64,000 nt of DNA from an uncultured Candidatus Saccharibacteria bacterium (GTDB taxonomy: Bacteria > Patescibacteriota > Minisyncoccia > Phycocordibacterales > Phycocordibacteraceae): the NCBI GenBank assembly GCA_964593365.1, contig CAZQGQ010000002.1, positions 21,671-85,670 on the forward strand, written 5' to 3'. A program made the translations under genes and the position numbers. How positions within the stretch are numbered: position 1 is the stretch's first letter; each line of letters opens with the position of its first letter. This document shows, piece after piece, positions 9,835 through 17,545 of the stretch. The notes beneath the pieces are model-generated. The model did no database searches and was not told where the DNA came from. It was given only the letters and a program-made list of their open reading frames with translations.

Positions 9835-11270
9835 GCTCCGTCGTCACTCGCTTTGCCCCAAGTCCAACTGGCTTCATGCACGTCGGAGGCGTACGCACGG
9901 CACTCTTTGCCTGGCTCTATGCAAGAAAGCACGGAGGTAAGTTCATCCTTCGCATCGAGGATACTGACAAAGCCAGGGAAGTGGCAGGCTCGATCGAGCA
10001 CATTATGGAGTCATTGCAGTGGATTGGCATCGAGTGGGACGAAGGGCCAGACAAGGGAGGACCGCACGCCCCCTATCTGCAGTCAGATCGTCTCGCTGAA
10101 TATAAAAAGTATGCACAGATCCTCATAGATAAAGGGCATGCATACACTGATCCCTTTACTGAAGCAGAGGTAGAAGTATTTCGTAAGCAAGCAGAAGCAG
10201 AGAAGCGTCCGTTCTTGTACCGCGAACATCGACCGGAAAATACCGAACCTTGGGACGGGACCAAGCCGCTTCGCTTCCGCGTACCGGAAATAAAGCGCTA
10301 CGAATGGAATGACCTGGCGCGAGGACGTTTGTCTGCAGGAGAAGAGGCGCTCGACGATTTCATACTTATAAAAGGAGATGGGTATCCGACCTACAACTTC
10401 GCGCATGTCGTTGATGACTTGTTAATGGAGGTGACGCACATCGTACGCGCAGAGGAATTCATTTCATCAACCCCGAAATTCCTTTCTTTGTATGACGCGC
10501 TTGAAATAAAGCGCCCGGAGTTTGCCACGATGCCGGTCATCTTAGGAAGCGAAGGGACGAAGAAGCTTTCAAAGCGAGACGGCGCAAAAGACATTCTTGA
10601 GTATCGCAATGAAGGATACCGTCCCGAAGCGATGATGAACTTCCTCGCGCTCCTTGGGTGGCACCCCGAAGGAGACCAGGAAGTGCTCTCGCCTGAGGAG
10701 CTCATTGCCGCATTTGATCTGACACGTGTGCAAAAGGGAGGCGCACGCTTTGACGAAGACAAGCTTCTCTTCTTGAATCGCGAGTGGCTGCGTCGCTTGA
10801 CCGACGAGGAATACATGGAGTTCGGAGGCCTTGAGGCTCCTGATCAGGAACGATTGCTGAAAGCCATTCCTTTGATCAAAGACCGTGTGCACACCTTTGG
10901 GGAAGCGAAGCTCATGCTAGAGGGCGAGCTCTCCTGCCTCTTTAGTGCACCAGCCCTAGACCCAAGCCTTCTCCTGACCAAGGAACTAGAGCCAGAGGGA
11001 ACCAGAACGGCCTTGGAAAGCCTTTTAGAGCCCCTAGGAGCCCTTCCTGAGGGCGTTTCGGGAGATGCGGTGAAGGAGGCCATAATGCCGTTTGCAGACG
11101 CTTTGGAGGCAAAGAAAAAGGGAGGCCGGGGAGCGGTTCTCTGGCCCCTTCGATACGCTCTTTCTGGAGTAGAGCGCTCGCCAGATCCCTTCACGCTTGT
11201 CTCTATTTTAGGCCCTTCCGAGAGCGTGAGCCGGGTGAAGAATGCTATCGCTCTTTTAGGTAGCAAGTAA
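9831..11270 (+). CDS. gltX: Glutamyl-tRNA synthetase
   Basis: 479 aa. APSPTGFMHVGGVRTALF (HIGH-region variant) and KLSKRDG (KMSKS) motifs. Confidence 0.9.
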   Translation: MSSVVTRFAPSPTGFMHVGGVRTALFAWLYARKHGGKFILRIEDTDKAREVAGSIEHIMESLQWIGIEWDEGPDKGGPHAPYLQSDRLAEYKKYAQILIDKGHAYTDPFTEAEVEVFRKQAEAEKRPFLYREHRPENTEPWDGTKPLRFRVPEIKRYEWNDLARGRLSAGEEALDDFILIKGDGYPTYNFAHVVDDLLMEVTHIVRAEEFISSTPKFLSLYDALEIKRPEFATMPVILGSEGTKKLSKRDGAKDILEYRNEGYRPEAMMNFLALLGWHPEGDQEVLSPEELIAAFDLTRVQKGGARFDEDKLLFLNREWLRRLTDEEYMEFGGLEAPDQERLLKAIPLIKDRVHTFGEAKLMLEGELSCLFSAPALDPSLLLTKELEPEGTRTALESLLEPLGALPEGVSGDAVKEAIMPFADALEAKKKGGRGAVLWPLRYALSGVERSPDPFTLVSILGPSESVSRVKNAIALLGSK

Positions 11271-11322
11271 GCCATACAAGCGATTATTGTCTCGTCGAGA
11301 ACGTCTAGGTATACTAGACGGG

Positions 11323-12597
11323 ATGAGACTGATCGCTCTTTTGCTTATTAGCGTTGCTCTTCTTGGAGCAATCGCCACGAGCACTCCACTTCCGACTCAT
11401 GCCGAGTCTATCGATGAGATCAAGGACCGGATTGATGAGATCAATCGCGAGCGCGCGAAGATAGACGAAGAAATCGCCGGATACCAGCGGGAGCTTAACG
11501 TCATCTCAGGACAGAAGCAGACACTCCAGTCTGCGATCCAGACGCTTGATGTCTCCCGCTCCAAGACTTCTGCGCAGATAAAAGAGATTCAAAACAAAAT
11601 CGGGGCAGCAACGCTTCGCCTTGAAGAGCTTTCATTTGAGATCACCGACAAGGAACAATCCATCGCGCTTGATCAGTCCACCGTCGCCGCATCGCTTCGT
11701 GCAATCGATATCGCGGACCAGGTTTCTTTTGTCGAGCGGCTTGTTGGAGCGGATGATTTTGCAGCAGCGTGGACCTCTATTGATAACCTCGCGACCTTGA
11801 ATCAATCGCTCCAGGAGCATGCTGCCTTGCTTGCAGGAGCAAAGATCGCGCTAGCAGAGCAGCAGACTTCCGTTTCTTCGACCAAGAATGAGCTCGCTTC
11901 TCATAGCGTTAATCTTGAAAGCCAGAAACAAGCGTTGGATATCAACCGACAAGGAAAGCAGACGCTTCTTTCACAGACCCAAGCGACCGAAAGCCAGTAC
12001 CAGGCAATGATCGCAGAGAAGCGCCGTCAGCAAGCCGCTTTCGAAGCCCAGCTCTTTACATACGAAGCGCAATTGAAACAAGCACTCGATCCTTCTTCCA
12101 TTCCAAGCGCAGGCTCTGGCGTTCTCGCATCTCCATTGGATAGCGTCTTTGTCACGCAGTATTTTGGTAGAACGGTTGATGCAAAGCGATTGTACGTATC
12201 TGGAACGCACGGCGGCATAGATTACCGAGCAACGATTGGCACGCCAATCAAAGCGTCTCTCACGGGAGTCGTCACCGATGTTGAAAGCACGAAGACTAAG
12301 AGTGGTTGCCAATACGGTAAGTGGGTACTCTTGAAACACGCGAACGGGCTCTCTACGCTTTATGGCCACCTTTCGTCAGTGAACGTTTCTCCAGGACAAA
12401 CTGTTTCAACAGGGGATCCGATAGGGCACAGCGGGGACACGGGATATGCAACCGGGCCGCACCTTCACTTTGGTGTGTATGCCACCTCCGGTATTCGTAT
12501 CGTTGACGCCTCCGCGCTTGGCTCTACGTACTGCGCAGGCATCAAGACCGTTGCATCTAACCCTGACGCATACCTTGATCCGATGTCGTATCTTTAG
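11323..12597 (+). CDS. M23-family peptidase with N-terminal signal peptide and coiled-coil (EnvC-like)
   Basis: About 425 aa from the ATG at 11323. The ORF track opens at a TTG at 11287. C-terminal HGGIDY ... GHSGDTGYATGPHLHFGVY LytM motifs. Upstream lies TTGTCT-17nt-TATACT-7nt-ATG. Confidence 0.8.
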   Translation: MRLIALLLISVALLGAIATSTPLPTHAESIDEIKDRIDEINRERAKIDEEIAGYQRELNVISGQKQTLQSAIQTLDVSRSKTSAQIKEIQNKIGAATLRLEELSFEITDKEQSIALDQSTVAASLRAIDIADQVSFVERLVGADDFAAAWTSIDNLATLNQSLQEHAALLAGAKIALAEQQTSVSSTKNELASHSVNLESQKQALDINRQGKQTLLSQTQATESQYQAMIAEKRRQQAAFEAQLFTYEAQLKQALDPSSIPSAGSGVLASPLDSVFVTQYFGRTVDAKRLYVSGTHGGIDYRATIGTPIKASLTGVVTDVESTKTKSGCQYGKWVLLKHANGLSTLYGHLSSVNVSPGQTVSTGDPIGHSGDTGYATGPHLHFGVYATSGIRIVDASALGSTYCAGIKTVASNPDAYLDPMSYL

Positions 12598-12627
12598 GTT
12601 CGAATCCTAGCTAGCCAGAAAAATAAG

Positions 12628-12652
12628 GAGCCCCCGGATATACCGAGGGCTC
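12628..12652 (-). terminator. Hairpin GAGCCCCCGG-atata-CCGAGGGCTC; on the minus strand it is followed by a T-run
   Basis: 10-bp stem with one mismatch. Plus-strand AGAAAAATAA immediately upstream gives TTATTTTTCT after the hairpin on the minus strand. Sits 7 nt past the stop of the minus-strand ORF 12659..12862. Confidence 0.5.
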
Positions 12653-12658
12653 AAGGTT

Positions 12659-12862
12659 CTATGCCACTCCTTTCTTAAACTTGTTACGAATCGAATCAAA
12701 GATCCACAGAGTCAGACCCCCGACTGCAATCGAACATATCCAAAGGAATATAACGACTTCATAGTAGACTCTTCTAATTCCAGTCGGCTTGTTCCTCACA
12801 TAGCGAACCGAGTCGTAAGAGATACACATGGATTTCTCCTTTGAAGATCCACTTCCTGCCAA
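12659..12862 (-). CDS. Hypothetical small membrane protein (67 aa)
   Basis: ORF with one hydrophobic helix (VVIFLWICSIAVGGLTLWIF). Bracketed by two terminator-like hairpins. Coding status uncertain. Confidence 0.3.
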   Translation of the reverse strand: MAGSGSSKEKSMCISYDSVRYVRNKPTGIRRVYYEVVIFLWICSIAVGGLTLWIFDSIRNKFKKGVA

Positions 12863-12892
12863 GGACCATTCCCTAGCAGGGTGGTAGACCCA

Positions 12893-12923
12893 AAAGAAAA
12901 ACCCCGTGGAGACGGGGTTTTTC
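12893..12923. terminator. Bidirectional rho-independent terminator AAAAACCCCGTGGAGACGGGGTTTTT
   Basis: Perfect 6-bp GC stem CCCCGT/ACGGGG with a GGAG loop, flanked by an A-run and a T-run. Confidence 0.65.
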
Positions 12924-13078
12924 AGATGAGTTCTAGAAAGAAATGTCTAGGATACAGAGAAAGCGCCACCGTCGGGGTTTACGATGGGCGGTACGGGAAG
13001 TGCAAAAATGTGCGCTTTCGTATTCATGTTTAAGCAGAATAGCTTAGAAGTTCTAATAAATCAAGTACGTTATATAGG

Positions 13079-13104
13079 TTTCAACATTGTCCCATACAGC
13101 CAGC
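13079..13104 (+). repeat. Island box copy 1 (TTTCAACATTGTCCCATACAGCCAGC)
   Basis: Followed by TATAAT, then 6 nt, then the ATG at 13117. Confidence 0.6.
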
Positions 13105-13116
13105 TATAATAACGGT

Positions 13117-13923
13117 ATGGACAGCACTTCTGCCTCCGACCTTACGAAACGCAATAAAGAAGTCATTCAAAGATTTATTGACTCGGTTAGAGACCGTGCA
13201 GACGGCGTTTTGCTTAGCGGGTCAAACGCCTGGGGAGCGGACTATGCGGTTACCGAGAAATCGGATATCGATCTCTTGGTCCTGGCAAAGGATATCCAAG
13301 GCATGAAGAAAATAATCGATTGCTATATCAGTAATAAATTACTTGTACCTAGGGAGCAAGAACGATTTGAAGCATTTAGCGCGCTATATGAGGAAGGAAG
13401 AGTAGAACAATTTTCTGTGATTGCAGACTATAAGGGTGTTCCGGTGAGCATAGATTTCTTTACCACAAAAACATTACAGTGGATCAGTTTCTTAACTTCA
13501 AAAAATACTGTTCTTCTTAACGGCGTGAGAGTGAGAGTCGTAAGCGAGTTGCGAACAAATCCTCCAAAAGCTTTCGGCTATTCTCTTGATGATTTACAAA
13601 GCTCAAAGAAACTTACCTATCATCCGGTGTTCGAAGAAATAAAAAGTCAGAAAGGCAATGTCTGTGGGTACCTCGCGCAAACTGCAGTCGATGCCTCTGA
13701 TGAACATACTTACTATCTTGGCGTCATGTCGTTTTTCCTTTGTGTCAGTCCGGTCGTGCTATTAGATAAAAACGGCGAACTGCAACGAGCTATACGAGAT
13801 TTGCGAACAAACATCTCAATTCTTTTGAAAGGGGAAGTTCCTCGCCATGTGACAAGAGAAGAACGAATGTCTGAGCAGGTCTTAGAAGAGGTAAAGAATG
13901 CCCTTAGTCCTAAGGGAGCCTAA
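13117..13923 (+). CDS. Pol-beta superfamily nucleotidyltransferase (antibiotic or nucleotide NTase-like; specificity unknown)
   Basis: 268 aa from the ATG at 13117. The track opens at a TTG at 13087 that lies inside the upstream box. GS-x14-DID motif (LSGSNAWGADYAVTEKSDIDLLVL) with a downstream acidic residue (VSIDFF). The helical C-terminal half is similar in size to ANT/Lnu-type or Abi-type NTases. GC is lower than in the core genes. Confidence 0.55.
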   Translation: MDSTSASDLTKRNKEVIQRFIDSVRDRADGVLLSGSNAWGADYAVTEKSDIDLLVLAKDIQGMKKIIDCYISNKLLVPREQERFEAFSALYEEGRVEQFSVIADYKGVPVSIDFFTTKTLQWISFLTSKNTVLLNGVRVRVVSELRTNPPKAFGYSLDDLQSSKKLTYHPVFEEIKSQKGNVCGYLAQTAVDASDEHTYYLGVMSFFLCVSPVVLLDKNGELQRAIRDLRTNISILLKGEVPRHVTREERMSEQVLEEVKNALSPKGA

Positions 13924-13928
13924 AAAGA

Positions 13929-13954
13929 TTCCAACATCGTCTCAGGCAGCCAGC
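13929..13954 (+). repeat. Island box copy 2 (TTCCAACATCGTCTCAGGCAGCCAGC)
   Basis: Lies between the convergent NTase and transglutaminase-like genes. Followed by a weak TATTTT. Confidence 0.55.
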
Positions 13955-14451
13955 TATTTTCTACGTTCATTCTCTAACCACTCGTTAAAAGCAGCATAGA
14001 ACTCTCCGTTGAGAGCAAGGTCTTTATTAATGACCTCCACGTTCTCATCGGCGATAATTGCAGCACTTTCTTTAATGGAGAACAATTTTAAACAAGAAAC
14101 CGCGATAGACGTGTTCGACTTTCCGTCCCACTCACTGACAGGAAGAATCATACTCAAAGAATTATCCCAGGTCGCATCGACATTAATCCAGTCTTTTTCA
14201 TTAAGTACCTCAAGGTATGCATGGGTAGAAGCATCTTCGTGAGCCTTTCCTGACACCTCAACGGGAAGATTGATATCGCTCCATTTGAAGGAACATACGC
14301 GCCATCGTACCTGAAGCCCCTCCTTCTCAAGAAGCGACTTAAGCTGCTTATGTTTACCGGTACAGGATTTGTCAGTTTCCTTCGAGGTTAGCGGAATTCG
14401 ATAGGGAATATCCCGAACCTGATTGAAAATCTCACGTAGGTCGGCTCTCAT
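13954..14451 (-). CDS. Transglutaminase-like / papain-fold cysteine peptidase domain protein
   Basis: 165 aa. Putative Cys nucleophile in SCTGKH, then the H-A-Y-L-E-V ... W-I-N-V-D-A-T-W-D block characteristic of the transglutaminase-like core (Cys-His-Asp). Upstream on its own strand lies TTGGAA-16nt-TAGCAT-6nt-ATG. Confidence 0.5.
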   Translation of the reverse strand: MRADLREIFNQVRDIPYRIPLTSKETDKSCTGKHKQLKSLLEKEGLQVRWRVCSFKWSDINLPVEVSGKAHEDASTHAYLEVLNEKDWINVDATWDNSLSMILPVSEWDGKSNTSIAVSCLKLFSIKESAAIIADENVEVINKDLALNGEFYAAFNEWLENERRK

Positions 14452-14479
14452 ACCCCCATGCTAGCAGGTGCTTGGCAAG

Positions 14480-14505
14480 TTCCAACATCGTCCCAGACAG
14501 CCAGG
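14480..14505 (+). repeat. Island box copy 3 (TTCCAACATCGTCCCAGACAGCCAGG)
   Basis: In the divergent gap between the transglutaminase-like gene and the zinc-ribbon gene, about 155 nt upstream of the ATG at 14661. Confidence 0.6.
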
Positions 14506-14660
14506 GTTGCATGGCTTAAGCGAAAGGAATCTATCGATGTGTACAACAAAGAATCAACTTACAGTCCGTCCACTCTTGCGGATTGATCTGTATGTAAATG
14601 ACCATAATCTTGTGTTTCCGATTTTAATATGTTTTAATCCAATAAACATAACTCCTACTC

Positions 14661-15071
14661 ATGCCTGATTATCAAAAGCCTCGCTTTGCCAAAAAACCCT
14701 TTAACCGTGGGGGTCAAGATCGTTTTAGCGATTCAAAAGAGATGCACAAAACTAACTGCAGCAAATGTAACAATCTGTGCGAAGTACCGTTTCGCCCAAA
14801 CGGCAAGAAACCAGTTTTCTGCAGCAACTGTTTCGTCAAAGACGATGCGCCCCGTCCTTCATATGGTCCGAAGCGTGATTTTTCTCCACGTCCATCTTTT
14901 AGCCCAGCGCCTTCTCGCGATGACCATGGGATGCAGGATCTAAAAATGCAGATGCAAGGCGTAAACGACAAGCTTACCCAGCTCATTCAACTTATGGAAT
15001 CTGCCCAGGCGCCTGTTACTGAGAAGGCTTCAGTAAAAAGGGTAGCCAAAGCAGGGACTAAGAAGAAATAA
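14661..15071 (+). CDS. Hypothetical zinc-ribbon protein with a low-complexity Pro/Ser linker
   Basis: 136 aa. CSKCNNLCEVPFRPNGKKPVFCSNCF resembles a topoisomerase-type C4 zinc ribbon. Basic C-terminal tail. Confidence 0.4.
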   Translation: MPDYQKPRFAKKPFNRGGQDRFSDSKEMHKTNCSKCNNLCEVPFRPNGKKPVFCSNCFVKDDAPRPSYGPKRDFSPRPSFSPAPSRDDHGMQDLKMQMQGVNDKLTQLIQLMESAQAPVTEKASVKRVAKAGTKKK

Positions 15072-15110
15072 TAGCCAGTATCTCCACAAGGCATATTCTC
15101 TAAGCAAGGT

Positions 15111-15136
15111 TCCAACGTCGTCCCAGACAACCGGCT
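15111..15136 (+). repeat. Island box copy 4 (TTCCAACGTCGTCCCAGACAACCGGC)
   Basis: Followed by TATACT, then 6 nt, then the ATG at 15153. Confidence 0.6.
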
Positions 15137-15152
15137 CGTTTATACTAGTCCT

Positions 15153-15557
15153 ATGAAGATATATCTCGGTTGTTCACTTACTCAAGCTCCAGAGGACTTT
15201 AAGACCGTTATTGGAGACTTAAAGAACAGGCTCCGGCAGGACTACGACGTATTAGACTTCATTGGTACCGTCGCTGGCACACCTCATGAGGTCTACAACT
15301 GGGATATTCACGAATGCGTTGCAAAGTGCGATGCCTTCATTGCGATTTGCGATCTGCCAGCCATAGGTCTTGGTTATGAACTCAGTGTCGCAGTCGAGAA
15401 GCTCAAGAAGCCGACGCTCGCTCTTGCGCATACGGATGCGAAAATCTCACGTCTTCTTCTTGGTATCAAACAGCCTCACTACATATTTGAACGCTACGAT
15501 TCTTTTGACGAGGTGGAAGACCGGATCAGATTATTCCTAAGCAGTTTAGAGAAATAA
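15153..15557 (+). CDS. Nucleoside 2-deoxyribosyltransferase-like (NDT-like) Rossmann-fold protein
   Basis: 134 aa. N-terminal MKIYLGCS and the block AIGLGYELSVAVEKLKKP match the NDT signature (KIYFAG ... GLGMELGYA..GK). Confidence 0.5.
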   Translation: MKIYLGCSLTQAPEDFKTVIGDLKNRLRQDYDVLDFIGTVAGTPHEVYNWDIHECVAKCDAFIAICDLPAIGLGYELSVAVEKLKKPTLALAHTDAKISRLLLGIKQPHYIFERYDSFDEVEDRIRLFLSSLEK

Positions 15558-15558
15558 G

Positions 15559-15584
15559 TTGCAAGGTCGGCCCAGACTGGGGCA
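15559..15584 (+). repeat. Island box copy 5 (TTGCAAGGTCGGCCCAGACTGGGGCA)
   Basis: The core CCCAG-A-CTGGG is a perfect inverted repeat here. A TTTATAT sequence lies 4 nt before the ATG at about 15616. Confidence 0.5.
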
Positions 15585-15615
15585 CGTGGTACTGTTTTAG
15601 AAACTTTATATCCCT

Positions 15616-16479
15616 ATGTCTGTCGCAATTGGTGTCTTGCTTGCCTTGATAGCCCTCGTCGCATGGGGTTTGGGGGACTTTTTAATTCAGAGAACTACCA
15701 GGCTGGTAGGTAGCGCCAAGGCTCTTTTCTTCATAGGAGTTGTTGCATTCGTTGTTTTGTTTCCGTTTGTACTACACGAACTTCCACATCTCACGTTCGC
15801 AAACTACCTCTTGCTCGGGACGCTGTCTTTAGCGGTTATCTTCGGAGCAGCTTTTGACTTCGAGGCTCTGCGCACCGGCAAAATGGCCGCTGTTGAACCA
15901 GTGGTGGGTCTTGAGCTTCCGATGACGGTCATTCTGAGCGTCATCTTCGTAGGTGAACATCTAACAGGACATCAGCTCTTTTGGATGCTTCTCGTGTTCA
16001 TTGGAACGGGGCTTACGGTTACAAAAAGCATAAGCCACTTGTCACAGGCATTCGAAAAGGGAGTGTGGCTCGCCTTTCTAGCAGCAATTGGTACAGCGTT
16101 AACTTCGCTCTTGGTTGGTATGTCGAGTCAGGAGATTTCTCCACTCGTTTCTATATGGTTTTCGCACGGGACGTTAGCGCTCGTGTCGGGTCTGTATATT
16201 CTTCGTTCTGGCCAGATGAGATCCGTTATACAAGATATCCGCAGCCACCCTGTAACTATTGGCTGCCAAAGCGTCTTTGATAACCTCGCGTGGATTGCTT
16301 TTGCCATTGCAGCAACCCTTATTCCGATCTCAATCGCTACGACCATTAGCGGGGGATATGTTGCCCTTGGGGTACTGCTTGGTATTTTCGTAAGCCGCGA
16401 GCGTGTTCGTGGTCATCAGGCGTTCGGTATTGCGCTTGTATCGATTGGCATTATTGCTCTCTCCTATTATTTCAGCTAG
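15616..16479 (+). CDS. EamA/DMT-family transporter
   Basis: 287 aa, about 10 TM. GDFLIQR-type EamA signature and two internally repeated halves. Confidence 0.7.
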   Translation: MSVAIGVLLALIALVAWGLGDFLIQRTTRLVGSAKALFFIGVVAFVVLFPFVLHELPHLTFANYLLLGTLSLAVIFGAAFDFEALRTGKMAAVEPVVGLELPMTVILSVIFVGEHLTGHQLFWMLLVFIGTGLTVTKSISHLSQAFEKGVWLAFLAAIGTALTSLLVGMSSQEISPLVSIWFSHGTLALVSGLYILRSGQMRSVIQDIRSHPVTIGCQSVFDNLAWIAFAIAATLIPISIATTISGGYVALGVLLGIFVSRERVRGHQAFGIALVSIGIIALSYYFS

Positions 16480-16484
16480 CAAGA

Positions 16485-16510
16485 TTTCCATGTCGTTCCA
16501 GGCAATTAAT
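16485..16510 (+). repeat. Island box copy 6 (TTTCCATGTCGTTCCAGGCAATTAAT)
   Basis: Followed by TACTATATT, then 4 nt, then the ATG at 16534. Confidence 0.5.
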
Positions 16511-16533
16511 AACAATCTGTTACTATATTCCGC

Positions 16534-17073
16534 ATGAAAGTCATCATCGCTTCCCACAATCCTGTGAAAATCAATGCCGCTAGGGAAGCGTTCAAGCAAA
16601 TGTTTCCGGGAGAGACATTTGAGGTTATAGGGACTGATGTTCCTTCAGACGTTTCTGACCAACCTATGACCGACACTGAGACGTATACCGGTGCTGTAAA
16701 CCGCGCGGAAAACGCTTCCCAGAAAGAGAGCGATGCTGACTTCTGGGTAGGAATCGAGGGCGGATTAGAAGAGAAAAGTGGAGATCTTGAATGTTTCGCG
16801 TGGGTGGTAATAAAAGATAAAGACGGAACGATTGGCAAAGGAAGAAGCGCCGCGTTCTTTTTGCCGCCTGCGGTAGCCCAGAAGATCCGTGAGGGAATGG
16901 AACTCGGGCATGCAGCGGACGCAGTTTTTAACGAGACCAACCTGAAGCAAAACCAAGGCACCGTTGGCATGCTCACGAAGGGATTAATCGAGAGGACGAA
17001 GTACTATGTCGATCCGGCGATTATGGCGTTAATCCCGTTTGCGAACCCTTCGCTGTTTGGAAAAACTGGCTAA
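16534..17073 (+). CDS. Inosine/xanthosine triphosphatase, YjjX family
   Basis: 179 aa. NPVKINAAREAF, DFWVGIEGG and GMLTKGLIERT closely follow the E. coli YjjX pattern. Confidence 0.75.
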   Translation: MKVIIASHNPVKINAAREAFKQMFPGETFEVIGTDVPSDVSDQPMTDTETYTGAVNRAENASQKESDADFWVGIEGGLEEKSGDLECFAWVVIKDKDGTIGKGRSAAFFLPPAVAQKIREGMELGHAADAVFNETNLKQNQGTVGMLTKGLIERTKYYVDPAIMALIPFANPSLFGKTG

Positions 17074-17087
17074 GCTCAATTCTTTGT

Positions 17088-17543
17088 ATGGATCAAGGCA
17101 TTCTAGACTACATTAAATCCCAGCGAATCTCCGTGTTTGGAATCGAGATGCTTGATGGTTCACCACATGGTGCAACAGTACATTTCGCACATCAAGAGAA
17201 CCCGTTAACTTTCATATTTGAAACGAGTTCGAAATACCGCAAGAGCGAGCCCTTGCTCGCCAACGACACAGCCCGAGCAACGCTCGTCATTGGATTTGTT
17301 GAAGGGCCGACTGAAAAAACATTCCAAGCAGACGGGATCGCAACGTTGCTTACGAGTGATGACCAGCTAAAGAAAGTCTATCTGTCGAAGTTTCCAGAAA
17401 AGGAAGCAAAGGCAGGAGATCCAGACAACATTTTCTTCTCCTTCACTCCAACATGGTGGAGATTCACTGATTGGGGCCGACCAGAAGGGAAGACCGTTAT
17501 CACTTCAGACGGCAAAGTAGTTGTCGCAGGGAAGTCTGCTTAA
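17088..17543 (+). CDS. Pyridoxamine 5'-phosphate oxidase-like (split-barrel, FMN-binding) family protein
   Basis: 151 aa. Size and hydrophobic periodicity resemble PNPOx-like or general-stress-protein-26 folds. Only 14 nt downstream of the ITPase gene, so probably co-transcribed. Confidence 0.4.
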   Translation: MDQGILDYIKSQRISVFGIEMLDGSPHGATVHFAHQENPLTFIFETSSKYRKSEPLLANDTARATLVIGFVEGPTEKTFQADGIATLLTSDDQLKKVYLSKFPEKEAKAGDPDNIFFSFTPTWWRFTDWGRPEGKTVITSDGKVVVAGKSA

Positions 17544-17545
17544 AG

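Noticed and set aside
14468-14668. 66-aa ORF between the transglutaminase-like and zinc-ribbon genes
   Set aside because: It overlaps island box copy 3 and the AT-rich leader of the zinc-ribbon gene, has no SD and is poorly coding-like. It is treated as promoter or 5' region.
13079-16510. Whether the repeated 26-nt boxes are integron attC sites or MITE remnants
   Set aside because: The boxes are short and lack the extended imperfect palindrome (R''-L''/L'-R') of attC. No intI integrase or transposase is present. There are no target-site duplications or terminal inverted repeats. Position relative to start codons favours a regulatory role.
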